The notes below the pieces were generated by a model. That model searched no databases. It had not been told where the DNA came from and saw only the letters and a list, made by a program, of their open reading frames with translations. From a virus (Duplodnaviria > Caudoviricetes): a DNA stretch of 42,106 nucleotides. Location: IMG/VR virus record IMGVR_UViG_3300040734_000049, positions 1 through 42,106 of that record; one strand, given 5' to 3'. A program made the translations under genes and the position numbers. Every line of letters starts with the position of its first letter. Positions within the stretch are counted from its first letter, which is position 1. Positions 8,112 through 18,612 of the stretch are shown one piece after another.

Positions 8112-9776
8112 TCAGTACAATTGTTTGTCATTATAGAATAAAACATATTGTCCGTGCTCACAAGCCCCGATATCTGGAGTGCCGTTCTGGGGCACTGAGT
8201 GGCCCCAATAATCAGTCGTAAGCCCGACATCTAATCCTGCGTCAATAGCTGGGGAAGTTGGGCGAAGGCGGAAGGTCTCGTTGGACTTGTAAAGTGGATT
8301 ACTCCCGAGGATGTTGCCAGAGCTTGTCAGGTTCGATATTGTCTTACCCGATCGGTAATAGATGGCATTGGAGCCAGCGTTATTGTAAAGCAGGTTATTC
8401 TCAACAGTGAAGTAGCTATAGGTACCTGTTGGTGTAGAGCCATCACCGAGCAAGTCCCATGCATTAAGCCACCCATAAACAGTTGCATCAGTAGCAATGT
8501 TGTTCCTGATATAAAAATGGTCTATATTGTAGGGTGACTGAAGGTGTATCAGCCCCCTTGCGCCATTTGCATCAAGGTCGTTATTATCGAAATAGATATA
8601 TGAGCAAATATCTCCTGTGGCTCCGGATGTGCCTACAAACTGAATAGCACCAAACGCGTACAGTCCGTCAGAGTATCCAAGGTTACGGAAGACGTTATAC
8701 CTAAAGTGCAGCCTTAACTTGTGATAGGTAGTTTCATCGAGGGTGACATTTATGGCACACGGGTAGTTAGAAAACCGGTTACGCTCGACAATCACATCCT
8801 CGTTTGTTCTTTCATAATCTATCCCGTGCGGCGGGTGCGTCCCCGCGGTAGGAGTAGCGATTTGAACTGTAATGCTGAAGTCGTTGTCATGTATCCACCA
8901 CGAATAATCATAGTTCCCTTTGACCTGTATCCCTCCAGCGAGGTCAATAGCCACGCCTCCAATGAAAGTATTGAAACCTATATCAAAACCTGAACTATTG
9001 CCGCTTTCAATGTGGAAGTTCCACCCATCAGCATATCCGCTCTGAACCCCGTCAGTATTTGGTTTCGTGCAATGGTTACGGTAAAATTTAAATTCATGGT
9101 TTATGGCTCCCCACAAATAGACCAGGTTCCCGTTATGTCCCGTTGTCCGGCTGACCTGTCTTAAAATACAGTCACTAACCTCCATTCCGATCGTGCCACC
9201 TATTCGTATGGCTCCAAAAATGCCCGGATCCCGACGCTCACAACAATTATCAATCATGCTGTTTCGGATTACTATCCCGGTGGCATAGGTGTCGGGAACA
9301 TCAGTAAACGAAGAACCACCGTAAACCTCTATTGCAGAGTAAAGAAAGTCAACGAAGGTGCAGTTATGGAATACTAAATTGCTTCGCCTTCTGACGGAAA
9401 ATCCGGAGTTGCCCGTCAGGTCTCCATCAAATTTGAGATAGCTGATTGACTGACTACCGTTGGTTCCCTCGCTTGTACTGCTCATTAAGATCATCGGCTC
9501 AAGTGAGGCTGCGGCGGTTACTATCGTAGTACCTCCGGCACCCATGAGGCTCACCCCGGCGGGAAGGGCAATCTGTGTGCTTATGTTATAAGTACCGGCA
9601 ACGATATAAACCGTGTCCCCGGTAGATGCGTGGCTGATACCAGTCTGAATAGTCAGATAAGGTGCGCCGCTGGTACCGTTGCCCGTGCCGTCATTGCCGG
9701 TGGTGGCCACATATACTCTTGTTGCTCCAAGCGAGAGAGACAGCAAAAGGAGGGGCAGTATAAGCAGCCTTTTCAT
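8112..9776 (-). CDS. Secreted right-handed beta-helix protein (DUF1565-like N-terminus, choice-of-anchor-Q-like C-terminus)
   Basis: Signal peptide; YVATTGND..G.SGAPYLTIQ; FRLRPTSPAIDAG...PDIGACE. Confidence 0.8.
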   Translation of the reverse strand: MKRLLILPLLLLSLSLGATRVYVATTGNDGTGNGTSGAPYLTIQTGISHASTGDTVYIVAGTYNISTQIALPAGVSLMGAGGTTIVTAAASLEPMILMSSTSEGTNGSQSISYLKFDGDLTGNSGFSVRRRSNLVFHNCTFVDFLYSAIEVYGGSSFTDVPDTYATGIVIRNSMIDNCCERRDPGIFGAIRIGGTIGMEVSDCILRQVSRTTGHNGNLVYLWGAINHEFKFYRNHCTKPNTDGVQSGYADGWNFHIESGNSSGFDIGFNTFIGGVAIDLAGGIQVKGNYDYSWWIHDNDFSITVQIATPTAGTHPPHGIDYERTNEDVIVERNRFSNYPCAINVTLDETTYHKLRLHFRYNVFRNLGYSDGLYAFGAIQFVGTSGATGDICSYIYFDNNDLDANGARGLIHLQSPYNIDHFYIRNNIATDATVYGWLNAWDLLGDGSTPTGTYSYFTVENNLLYNNAGSNAIYYRSGKTISNLTSSGNILGSNPLYKSNETFRLRPTSPAIDAGLDVGLTTDYWGHSVPQNGTPDIGACEHGQYVLFYNDKQLY

Positions 9777-10486
9777 TTGCGCCTCCTTCTCTTAATATTC
9801 CATGAGATAAATAGCGGCAGGATGTAGTTAAGTATTCGCCAACCACCACGGGCTGCAGCAATAGACACGTACACCTTCCCGGCTGATGTGTCAATGTATA
9901 AGTCTCCTATCTTGTCGGGCGTATTGTAATTGGAAGTATCACCGGCTGCTGATTGTATGGTCGGAAACAGCGTTGCAGCATCATCACGATAACCCGCAGG
10001 CACATGAGGAGGAATAGCTTCATCAGAATCATAAAAGGCTGCTTCTCCATCCAAATTGATCAGACTATCTACCTTAAAACCCAGCGCAGATCCTGAAGCC
10101 GGAGGAATCCAGGTTACCACTCCAGCAGTCGACTTTGAAGGCACATAACCATCAACCGGTGGGTTTCCAAGCGAATTCTCCTTGCCGGCCAAAAGGGTCA
10201 CAATGTTTCCCGGGATACCCACAAGCCTGTTAAGCTCTGTTACATTCACAAGGGCGCCATCAAGCACTGTATTGATCTCTGTGGCATTGGCAGTGATCTC
10301 CACTCCTCCGACCCGGATGGTTTCATTTACAGTATCGACCACACCCAGCACTTCGCTGAAGGCTGTATTCAGGGCATTCCGGGTCTGTAGTCCATTCATC
10401 CCCGGGCTCACTACATTCTGAGCAGGTCCTGGCAAGGTCAGACTCAGAAGTAAAAACCCTATGATTATCAGTTCTTTCATGTTCAT
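9773..10486 (-). CDS. Exported fibre-like protein with C-terminal hydrophobic and basic tail
   Basis: Signal peptide GPA|Q; TELNRLVGI and GDLYIDTSAGKVYV motifs; ends GGWRILNYILPLFISWNIKRRRRK. Confidence 0.65.
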   Translation of the reverse strand: MNMKELIIIGFLLLSLTLPGPAQNVVSPGMNGLQTRNALNTAFSEVLGVVDTVNETIRVGGVEITANATEINTVLDGALVNVTELNRLVGIPGNIVTLLAGKENSLGNPPVDGYVPSKSTAGVVTWIPPASGSALGFKVDSLINLDGEAAFYDSDEAIPPHVPAGYRDDAATLFPTIQSAAGDTSNYNTPDKIGDLYIDTSAGKVYVSIAAARGGWRILNYILPLFISWNIKRRRRK

Positions 10487-10496
10487 ATTATGTTAA

Positions 10497-11030
10497 TTAT
10501 GCGGCCCACGGAAACTGTTCCATACCCCGGTTATCCTTAAAGTATCCGTAGTCATTCCACGTTCCAGACCAGAAGATGTGAAGCCTGAAAGCGCGGTGTA
10601 GAAGGTTAAGATCAGCTTCACTCAGGGTAGCACCAGACTGAAGAAGACCTATCCATTGAATGTTATGAGGCGATGTGCTACTGTAGCATACTACTGTCCT
10701 CTCGAAGTCATACCCTATAAGCTCGGCCACGGTAACATTTCGAAGCAAACCTGCCTCGGTGAACCATAGATGATCAGTGTCAGCAGTCTTGTATGTATCC
10801 AGGTAAGGCATAGTAAGTGTGGCAGTGGAGTCTGCGGGTAAGTAATTGGTAGAAAAATCCTTCCCGGATACAGCAATTACACCTGAGCCTACCTCGCTCA
10901 GGAGAGAACTCTCAAAGACCCCTCCCACCCAGAGGATAAGCATCTTAGATTTAAGAACTGCAGGGCAAGCTCTTTCAGCTACCCTTACAGCACTTATACC
11001 CTGCAGACCAGCTCCGATGAATCCACCCAT
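10497..11030 (-). CDS. Hypothetical protein, probably tail-associated
   Basis: 177-aa ORF tightly coupled to the 88-aa gene; Gly-rich N-terminus. Confidence 0.6.
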   Translation of the reverse strand: MGGFIGAGLQGISAVRVAERACPAVLKSKMLILWVGGVFESSLLSEVGSGVIAVSGKDFSTNYLPADSTATLTMPYLDTYKTADTDHLWFTEAGLLRNVTVAELIGYDFERTVVCYSSTSPHNIQWIGLLQSGATLSEADLNLLHRAFRLHIFWSGTWNDYGYFKDNRGMEQFPWAA

Positions 11031-11031
11031 A

Positions 11032-11298
11032 TCAATAGCCCCACTTCAAGGTAAGTGATGCAACATTTGCCTTGATCTTGCGAACTACTTCCACGTTCCA
11101 TCCCGGATCGAAGACCGTAGGTACGAATGTCTCGGTCTCATCGTCAGCCGGGATAACCTCAAGGGTTACAGCTTCTGTGCCCTCATTCTTGACCTGAAAC
11201 TGCTGGTTCCCTGGGAGGGAGAAATTTGCAGTAGCAAGGTTGGTGACTGCCCCGAACATCGAAGGCTGGAGTGCGTCCTGCGTTCCGTTTCTGCTCAT
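11032..11298 (-). CDS. Small beta-rich phage protein, probably structural
   Basis: 88 aa, with PGWNVEVV and terminal LKWGY; first gene after operator-like site 1. Confidence 0.65.
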   Translation of the reverse strand: MSRNGTQDALQPSMFGAVTNLATANFSLPGNQQFQVKNEGTEAVTLEVIPADDETETFVPTVFDPGWNVEVVRKIKANVASLTLKWGY

Positions 11299-11353
11299 AT
11301 CCCTGTTTATTAAGTTGTTACTATTATTGTTCGTTGGTTAAAGTTAAAAATTG

Positions 11354-11372
11354 ATGTATTACCGTAATTCAC
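11354..11372. promoter_or_regulatory. 19-bp operator-like near-palindrome, copy 1
   Basis: ATGTATTACCGTAATTCAC, intergenic. Confidence 0.7.
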
Positions 11373-11407
11373 TTTCGCATAAATTTTTTATAACTCACTC
11401 CTATGGG

Positions 11408-11647
11408 TTACCTCTCCTTGCAAATGGTGATAACCAGGTACAGTTCTCCGGTTTCAGGATCAGTCCAATAGTACTGTCTATCCTGGATGACTTCCAGGCT
11501 TTGGCCGCAAGCATAACCCTCACCAAGAATAGTCCCGTACTCAGGAAGGATGGCAACAGTTGTACACCACATGCAATCAGGCTCTCTTTCACATGATACA
11601 AAGCCCAGTGTCACGCTAATAACAAAAAGTAAGATAAGTCTTTTCAT
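11408..11647 (-). CDS. Small Cys-rich lipoprotein
   Basis: Lipobox-like GFVS|C, then CMWC...C...C; 4-nt overlap with the tail tip gene. Confidence 0.75.
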   Translation of the reverse strand: MKRLILLFVISVTLGFVSCEREPDCMWCTTVAILPEYGTILGEGYACGQSLEVIQDRQYYWTDPETGELYLVITICKER

Positions 11648-14600
11648 GTTGCGATCATTAAGTCATTACCGCTTCTGTATAAGGCACCTGCCGGTAGGCC
11701 AGAGCTGCTTGTGGGCAGCCCATTCATTATTAGTCCCGCTGCATTCATGACGATGGAATTGGGTCCTATTTGCATTATAATATTCCCCTGCCCATCTCCA
11801 ATGAAGAGCCAGCGCGGTTGCGTATAGCCACCGTTATAGCCCTTTATGTTTATTTTTATCGACCCGCTGTTTCCATTGACACTGTTTTCCCAGATGTCGT
11901 TGCCGTAAATTTTTATACCACCCAAGAAGGTGTCTGCCACGTTGGATATCAGGGTAGAACCAGAAAAATCAACTCCGGCTACCAATGCTTCAAGAAACAA
12001 CTCTTCAGCAACAGATGTCAGAACGGTTCCTGCAGCCAGAAATGCGGCAGCATGGTTAGTCACAAAGTCAGCAGCAGTTATCGTGCGAGTCTGATTATAG
12101 ATAGCCAATCGACTAACTCCGTCGCAGAGAACTGATGCACGGCCTGAATTACCCAAAAGGGTAATCTTGTCTTTTCTCTTTTGTGGTTGATTTGTGTCCA
12201 GTTCCCAATATGCACCATTGGGAGGTTCCTGATTAAGACTTGGGGCAATTGCAATATAATTGACGTCATTATTAGAGACCTTGCTTCCTATATTATAGTT
12301 AAAATCATCCCACCACTGTTCGGATAGAGCTATATTAGGGGTAATAGTCGATACGGTACCCGTTAGGTCTCCTTGAGTTGTGGGTGATCCCTCGAATACC
12401 CTCACTCCGAGATTATCAACATAGGCCAACTCAGCAAATAAAAGACCGGTGGCTATGCTCTCAAAGTTTGCCCCGAAGGAGTTCCAGTAGCTGGTATTCG
12501 TAGGTAGAATCCCGGAAAAGGATCCCCCGGGGGCATCTGTCCGGGCAACATAGTAACCTCCGGAGTACTGGACGACATCAACCCTATTGGCAGTGCCATA
12601 ATAAGTACTATCGGCAGCATAGAGCCCTCGATAAATGGTTGAAGGACCGTTAGCGCCATCTGCTCCATCATTACCATCGGCACCCGGAGCACCATCTGCG
12701 CCGTCTGTTCCAGCTGCTGCCTTTTTTGTCCAATATGATCCCTCCGCTGGTGTCTGACCGCTGGATGGAATAGGATTGATATACAACCAACTCTCGCCGA
12801 CATTGGTCACTTCGTCTCCACGATAATAAGTTGTAACTGCATCGTAGTTACCCCTGAAACAACTAACAGGGAATGTGGTACCGCCACCACTTTGCACCAG
12901 TACGCCTTTAAGAGTGAGTTGATCAGGTGCAGTGACATTCCAGTCGAGTTGGCTGGATGTGTTTCCCATACGAAACTGGTTCTGGTCCAAGTCGAAGTAA
13001 TTCAGGCCGTCCTGAGAGATGATCCTGCCGGTCCGGATATAACGACCATTGATTGCCGTGGCACCATAAGTCAACGATATCCAACGGACACCATCGACCG
13101 CGGCATGCAGAACCCCAAGCAGGAAGTAATAATAAGTAGGATCCTCATCTACCTTAATCTGATCAGTGGTAAACGTAATGGTGCCGGCAGAGCCTACCTT
13201 CTCACATCTGGCATAGATGTACATTGAGGCAGGTGAAGAAAGTGTCAGATCTCCTCCGGTAATAGTCCAGAGTCGTATTTCATCACCGATAGCATAATGA
13301 GCCAGAGCACCTCCCGTGACATTGACCTTCTCGGGATTCATGGTATAATTGGGCTCAATTATGGCACTAAGGGTCAGCTGCTGACTGCGGGTTCCAACAC
13401 TGAGCATTAGGGTCTCGATGCTCTCGGGCTTAATATGTGTGCCATCAAAATATCCATCAGGGTCGAATACCATATCAAGCAGCTCCTGTGTCGCGCGCCA
13501 GTTCCTACGTGCACGGGCAGGATCGTTCAGTTTATTCATCGCAATCACCTTGCTGTTTTCGATGGTTTCGGCAATAAGGCGCTGAATGATCGTAGGCTGT
13601 TGTACGTCTGAGAGCTCAAGACCATACCGGTAATCTGCCATGAGATCCCTGGTAAGTGACCTTATCCGGATAAGCTTATCCACACCGATATCAGCATCCT
13701 TGACATGGATATTGTCACCCGGAGCAAAGAGCTCAGCGGCCCCCTCGGCATAGCGTTTCAGATGGATCTCATCGAATGTCAGACCATACTGCACCCGCGG
13801 CTGGCAGTTTTCCTGCAGGTAGGTCTGGGCAGCAGCAAGCAGCTCTTCTTCAGCTGTGGTGACATAGGTCTCTGGCAGGTAGATGTCAATAAGCACATAC
13901 TCATCACCGGGCTGAATCCTGAAGGCATCACTTGCCGGGTCCGGGAATTCCTGGTCACGCTCATCCTTCAGCCTCTTGATTGAGAATGTGCGGGTAGAGT
14001 GGTTGTAGGATGACAGCTCGAACTCGTAGCCGGCCAGGTTACCGGTATTGAAAAGGACCTTCGCGGAAATGCCATTCATCAGATATATTGTATCGCCGGT
14101 ACCTGGATCGATAGCATTCAAGTCAAAATCCATCGCTGAGTCGACAAACCTATAAATCGTGTCTCCCAGGGAGGTGACGGTGCCAGTCCGGTGAGGATAG
14201 ATCTCTTCAAAAGTCATTATTGACTCGATCAGTCCATATGCCGCCAGGGCAGTGGCATCTTCAAGGTATGATTGATCGATAGAAGGAAGCTTCAGGCGCT
14301 GCGAGTACCCCCTGTAATCCGTCCGTAGGTTCTTGGCAGCTCCAAAGGCATAAAGCCGGGTGATTATATTCTTGTTGCTGACCGTCTGTCTTTGGAGCCC
14401 GAATAGGCCTTTACCGCGGCCATATTCATAGACCTTTTCATGAGTGATCCCAATGACAGCCCTGAGATCGATTGTGCAGACGCCACTACTCTCGGTGATC
14501 TCGAACTCCACATTAAAGTTGCCTTCAGAACAGAGAGACTGCAACACGGCCAGACAGTTTTCGTTGGCAAATGTCAGCGTCATTGTGTCGGTCTCGGGAC

Positions 14601-15030
14601 ATACCCCCAGTATCCATTTGCCGGATCCATAAACCCGGTCAAGATTGTTAACCAGAATATTCATCAGCGACTCGAGGTCGCCGGTGATTGTGAAATCAGC
14701 ATAAAGACTCACACCATCGGAAGCTGTATCCAGGAATGCTGCCCGGAGAAGATCATACTGTCTTCCCTCCCAGGTGAGATCATATCCAAGTTGCCGCATT
14801 CCGCTCTTTCTGTCATGAGGTAGAGCGTTAAGGGTATAAGTCCTTCCATGCATCGAGATCGAGTCTCCTATGGCAAATGAGAGGGGTAAGGCGCTCTCTA
14901 TAGTCATCTCGACGATATCCTCTGACATCAGCGCCCGGCGCTGTTCCATCCTCGTAACAGATATGGCACCTGACCTGGTAAAGAGATTCCAAGTCCCTCC
15001 TGCTTTCCGTGTTACAGTAACTTGGTCCAT
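11644..15030 (-). CDS. Tail tip/hub (Tal-like) host-specificity protein
   Basis: 1128 aa following Dit; ITRLYAFG, FEEIYPHRTGTV; short collagen-like G-X-X run; three aromatic CBM-like repeats (RGNYDAVTTYYRGDEV etc.). Confidence 0.8.
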   Translation of the reverse strand: MDQVTVTRKAGGTWNLFTRSGAISVTRMEQRRALMSEDIVEMTIESALPLSFAIGDSISMHGRTYTLNALPHDRKSGMRQLGYDLTWEGRQYDLLRAAFLDTASDGVSLYADFTITGDLESLMNILVNNLDRVYGSGKWILGVCPETDTMTLTFANENCLAVLQSLCSEGNFNVEFEITESSGVCTIDLRAVIGITHEKVYEYGRGKGLFGLQRQTVSNKNIITRLYAFGAAKNLRTDYRGYSQRLKLPSIDQSYLEDATALAAYGLIESIMTFEEIYPHRTGTVTSLGDTIYRFVDSAMDFDLNAIDPGTGDTIYLMNGISAKVLFNTGNLAGYEFELSSYNHSTRTFSIKRLKDERDQEFPDPASDAFRIQPGDEYVLIDIYLPETYVTTAEEELLAAAQTYLQENCQPRVQYGLTFDEIHLKRYAEGAAELFAPGDNIHVKDADIGVDKLIRIRSLTRDLMADYRYGLELSDVQQPTIIQRLIAETIENSKVIAMNKLNDPARARRNWRATQELLDMVFDPDGYFDGTHIKPESIETLMLSVGTRSQQLTLSAIIEPNYTMNPEKVNVTGGALAHYAIGDEIRLWTITGGDLTLSSPASMYIYARCEKVGSAGTITFTTDQIKVDEDPTYYYFLLGVLHAAVDGVRWISLTYGATAINGRYIRTGRIISQDGLNYFDLDQNQFRMGNTSSQLDWNVTAPDQLTLKGVLVQSGGGTTFPVSCFRGNYDAVTTYYRGDEVTNVGESWLYINPIPSSGQTPAEGSYWTKKAAAGTDGADGAPGADGNDGADGANGPSTIYRGLYAADSTYYGTANRVDVVQYSGGYYVARTDAPGGSFSGILPTNTSYWNSFGANFESIATGLLFAELAYVDNLGVRVFEGSPTTQGDLTGTVSTITPNIALSEQWWDDFNYNIGSKVSNNDVNYIAIAPSLNQEPPNGAYWELDTNQPQKRKDKITLLGNSGRASVLCDGVSRLAIYNQTRTITAADFVTNHAAAFLAAGTVLTSVAEELFLEALVAGVDFSGSTLISNVADTFLGGIKIYGNDIWENSVNGNSGSIKINIKGYNGGYTQPRWLFIGDGQGNIIMQIGPNSIVMNAAGLIMNGLPTSSSGLPAGALYRSGNDLMIAT

Positions 15031-15665
15031 ATAAGTGTCGCGCCTGTTGTTACACCGGTTAAGTCTTCGATGACTCCGGCAATGCTTATGTAATAAGTCC
15101 CGGCAGCTGCATAGCTATGTGCCTGAGCACCGGAAGCAGTGGTTATGTCATTACTGACCGATCCATCTCCCCAATAGATGGTAACAGCTTTTGTGCTTGT
15201 GACTGAGACACTAACCGAAAGAGCCCCGGTCGCGGCTATGAATCTGTAAATCCTTTTCACTGGCTCGGGTTCACGGAGCTTCAGGGAGAAGGTCCCTACC
15301 ATGGTAGCATCATTCCACTTTTTGTCGATGTCCGGCCCCTGTAGCAGATACACATCATATATGAGGGGCCTTGCGGTATCGGCTATAATCATGAGCCGTT
15401 TCATCCCGCCAGTCATCCACCTGCCGAGAAAAGCCTGCACATTGGTCAGAAATAGCTCTTTCGTGGAAGCTTTAATAAAGCACTCCAGTGTGATATCCCT
15501 GGCATCATACCTGGGAGCAGCCATATCGATGACCTCCCCATGATAATCAGGCCACTCCTGGCGAACCGGTTGGCGGAGCTTGATGCCTCCGATAATTCCC
15601 TGCGACTTGCTCACATAGACCCCGTCGGTTGTGAAATTGACGCCATTTATGTAGTAATCAATCAT
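15012..15665 (-). CDS. Distal tail protein (Dit-like) with C-terminal PKD/Ig-like domain
   Basis: Follows the tape measure gene; IYWGDGS...HSYAAAGTYYISI. Confidence 0.7.
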   Translation of the reverse strand: MIDYYINGVNFTTDGVYVSKSQGIIGGIKLRQPVRQEWPDYHGEVIDMAAPRYDARDITLECFIKASTKELFLTNVQAFLGRWMTGGMKRLMIIADTARPLIYDVYLLQGPDIDKKWNDATMVGTFSLKLREPEPVKRIYRFIAATGALSVSVSVTSTKAVTIYWGDGSVSNDITTASGAQAHSYAAAGTYYISIAGVIEDLTGVTTGATLIWTKLL

Positions 15666-15671
15666 GTCGTT

Positions 15672-18611
15672 TTATCCATTAAGTCCCTGTGCTCTTAAAT
15701 TATCTGCTGACATCGCAGCAAGACGACTGTCAATCGAAATCAAAAACCTCGTATTAGAAGCAATCTGAGAAAGAAATGAAAGCTGATTCCTTAGCACCTC
15801 CGTATTTGTCACCTGCTGAATCCTTATGGCATTCATCTGCCCCGCCAGTACTCCGGCCGTCTCTTCGGTAATACCTTTGATGGCACCTGAGAGAGTTTTA
15901 TCAGGAGATTCCATTCCTGCCAGTGCGGCTGCAGAGGCGTCTGCCAGCTTGGCCCCTTCGGCCGCAATAAGGCCGAACATCGTTTTGTATCTCTCCGCCT
16001 CTTCAGTGGAGAGAACTCCGTCCTCCATTGCCTTGGCCAGGTAATCAGTCAGCTCATTTATTGCCGGCCCAAGCACTTTGGCTGAAAGGGCGTTGGTAAT
16101 AGCCTGGATGAGGATTGCATTCATGTCATCAGCAAAGTCCTGAACACTCCTCTTGCCTTCCACGAGGCCGGCGGCTATTGTGTTTGCAATGCTGTCCTGT
16201 GTCACCCCTCCGGTCAGGAAGTCTTTGTAAGCCTGTTCTGCTTCTTCCAGGGCGATCCGGGCGTCCTCCGCTGCTGCCTGAGTTTCCTTCAATTCCTTCT
16301 CCCGTTGTTTGCCGGTCAGGTTCCATTTATAGGCATTCTGCAGGCGCTGTTCAGCCTTGGTAACCTGTTCCTCCAGTAGCTTTAAGTTCTGCCGGAGGGT
16401 TTGAAGCTCAGCCTCACGTGCTTCTTTCTCGCCTCCCGAGCGCTGCGATAACTCAACCAGGCGGGCCTGTTTTTCAAGCAAAGCGTTCATCCGCTCAAGG
16501 CGCTTTTCAAAGCCGTCACTTGCATTGAGTACCTGGGAGAGTGCGTCAACAAACATTGCAACTGCGTTGACAATTGCGCCAAGGTAGTCCCCTGTCGCCA
16601 GGCTGCCGGCAACTCCTATCATCCCCTGTAGCTGGCTAGCCATCTCGGCAGAGACAAGCCCCCCGCGTTCAAGGATAGCAACCGTTTCAGAGACTGCCTG
16701 AGTGACATCCTTACGCTTCTTCAGCTCGTCCTCAGTGATTTCCTTCATCTCGTCATCGACCTTCTTCAGCTTCTTTTTGATAGCTTCCTGGTTGCGGGCA
16801 TTGACAAGTTGCTGATTCATGACGGCAAGCTTCCCCTTCTCTGTTTCCAGATCGAAGACCGCCGTTTGATTATACCTGGCTCCCGCGGCCTTGCCGCCAG
16901 TGGAGGGAGCCCCCAGCTTTATATTCAATCCGGAGGGCTGCCATGCGCCTGCCTGGGTATTAGTAACAAGTTCATTAGCCCGCATCTGGGCGTAGATGGT
17001 ATTGATAAGCATCTCCCTCATCTCCAGCTCTGCCTTGAGGCCTTTGATACGTTCAGCGATGGCCTTCACTTCTGCCTTGTTGCCGGCCTCTGCAGCCTCA
17101 AGCATAAGCTTCTCCTGTTCTGCAATTTTCTGCTCCAGCAAAACCTTTTCCTCCAGGACCTTTGTGGTTTGCAAACCGAGATCTGCAAGTATCTTCTGGT
17201 AATTCTCTTCGTGTTCCACCGAGCCAGCCATCAGTTCATTGAACTTGATTAGGAGATCGTTCGCTTCATTCTGAGTTTTGAGCCATTTGTCGCGGTATTC
17301 AGTAGTAGTGGTGGTCTGAACAGGTCCAATCTGAACCTCACCAGCCGTAGGCATTGCGGTTGTAATAGTTCTTGTGGCTGGCATCGACCTTGCTTCAAGA
17401 TCCTTCTCAAGGAACTTCTTATAAGTCTCCTGTGCCAGCTCGGCAGAGGCAAGGGATTTAGCCCTCTCAGTCAGTGCTGCCCTAAAGGCCTCAGTGTTCT
17501 TAACAAAAATATTTTCAGCGTCAGCAGTTCCCCTGACCTGGATCCCGAGATCCTTAAAGGCATCCTCATTATCTTTTACAAACTTATTTTTCGCCTGCAA
17601 ATCTCCTGCAAGACTATTCCACTCCAATCTAAGCTTTTCAAAGGATGACATTGCCTCATACCCGGCCTCTGCAGTAGCTTTATTGAATTCCTGGGCAGCT
17701 TTCTTTGCCTCCTGAGTCTTGGTGACATAGCGGCTTATGGCAGTGACGGCCACCGTGATCGCAGCGGATAGGCCAAGGGTGAGAGTAGCCATCATAAGCC
17801 TGGCGGCGGCTGTTGATATGCCGAAGGCAGTGGCCAGCCTCATCTCTGCCGCAGCGAGTAGGTTCTTTGCTTTGGTCACCGTAACGATCATAAAGGCACT
17901 GTCCTTATTAAGGGTCTGCTGGACCTGCTGCAGTCCGATGGTGATTGCCATCAGGCTCTGTACCTTCAGCATGATCTTGTGGAGATTCTCATTCTCCCCG
18001 GCAAAGAGTCCTACCGCTCCTTGCGCAGCCGAAGCTGCTCCTGTAAGTCCTGTGAACCCCATAATAAGGCCCTGCATCCCACGCTCATCATTGGCCAGGA
18101 TATTGGCTTGCTTCTGGGCGTCACCCATGGCATTGGTAAGGTCCGCGAACCGCATCTGCAATGCATCATATTCTGCCGTTCCTCGACGTCCGGCAGCTTC
18201 CATTGCAACCAACTCCTCTTTCATCTGCCGGAGCTGCGTGCGGAGAGTGACATGAGCGGCACCGGTTGCCTTAGCTTGAGCTTCGAGCTCAGCCAGTACT
18301 GCCTTTTCTTCTACCAGGGCTTTCTTTGCTGAATTAAGCTCACTTATCACATTCGCTTTGGCTTGACCTGGAGCAACGTTCTTCAGAATGCCCTCCATTT
18401 TTTTGATATCACCCTCAGTTGCAGCGATCGCCTCCTTGGACTCCTTTACCCTTTGAGCAATATCCTGGAAGGCTTTATCAACCTTGCGTCCTTCAGCGAC
18501 GGTTGCAGAAGAAAATCCTTTGACCCTGCGCTCAGCCTCGTCAAGAGCTCCGATGAACTGTTTGTTGTCACCGGTAAGTGGTACAAATAATGCGCCGTCT
18601 TCTGTATTCAT
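15672..18611 (-). CDS. Tail tape measure protein
   Basis: 979 aa, Ala/Glu/Lys-rich helical with hydrophobic patches; directly follows the chaperone genes. Confidence 0.88.
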   Translation of the reverse strand: MNTEDGALFVPLTGDNKQFIGALDEAERRVKGFSSATVAEGRKVDKAFQDIAQRVKESKEAIAATEGDIKKMEGILKNVAPGQAKANVISELNSAKKALVEEKAVLAELEAQAKATGAAHVTLRTQLRQMKEELVAMEAAGRRGTAEYDALQMRFADLTNAMGDAQKQANILANDERGMQGLIMGFTGLTGAASAAQGAVGLFAGENENLHKIMLKVQSLMAITIGLQQVQQTLNKDSAFMIVTVTKAKNLLAAAEMRLATAFGISTAAARLMMATLTLGLSAAITVAVTAISRYVTKTQEAKKAAQEFNKATAEAGYEAMSSFEKLRLEWNSLAGDLQAKNKFVKDNEDAFKDLGIQVRGTADAENIFVKNTEAFRAALTERAKSLASAELAQETYKKFLEKDLEARSMPATRTITTAMPTAGEVQIGPVQTTTTTEYRDKWLKTQNEANDLLIKFNELMAGSVEHEENYQKILADLGLQTTKVLEEKVLLEQKIAEQEKLMLEAAEAGNKAEVKAIAERIKGLKAELEMREMLINTIYAQMRANELVTNTQAGAWQPSGLNIKLGAPSTGGKAAGARYNQTAVFDLETEKGKLAVMNQQLVNARNQEAIKKKLKKVDDEMKEITEDELKKRKDVTQAVSETVAILERGGLVSAEMASQLQGMIGVAGSLATGDYLGAIVNAVAMFVDALSQVLNASDGFEKRLERMNALLEKQARLVELSQRSGGEKEAREAELQTLRQNLKLLEEQVTKAEQRLQNAYKWNLTGKQREKELKETQAAAEDARIALEEAEQAYKDFLTGGVTQDSIANTIAAGLVEGKRSVQDFADDMNAILIQAITNALSAKVLGPAINELTDYLAKAMEDGVLSTEEAERYKTMFGLIAAEGAKLADASAAALAGMESPDKTLSGAIKGITEETAGVLAGQMNAIRIQQVTNTEVLRNQLSFLSQIASNTRFLISIDSRLAAMSADNLRAQGLNG

Positions 18612-18612
18612 C

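Noticed and set aside
12640-12720. Repetitive GC-rich tract in the tail tip gene
   Set aside because: Explained by the collagen-like G-X-X coding repeat
3500-15030. Diversity-generating retroelement or invertible tail-fibre cassette
   Set aside because: No reverse transcriptase or invertase ORF, and I saw no template/variable repeat pair or flanking inverted repeats; a self dot-plot would be needed to fully exclude it
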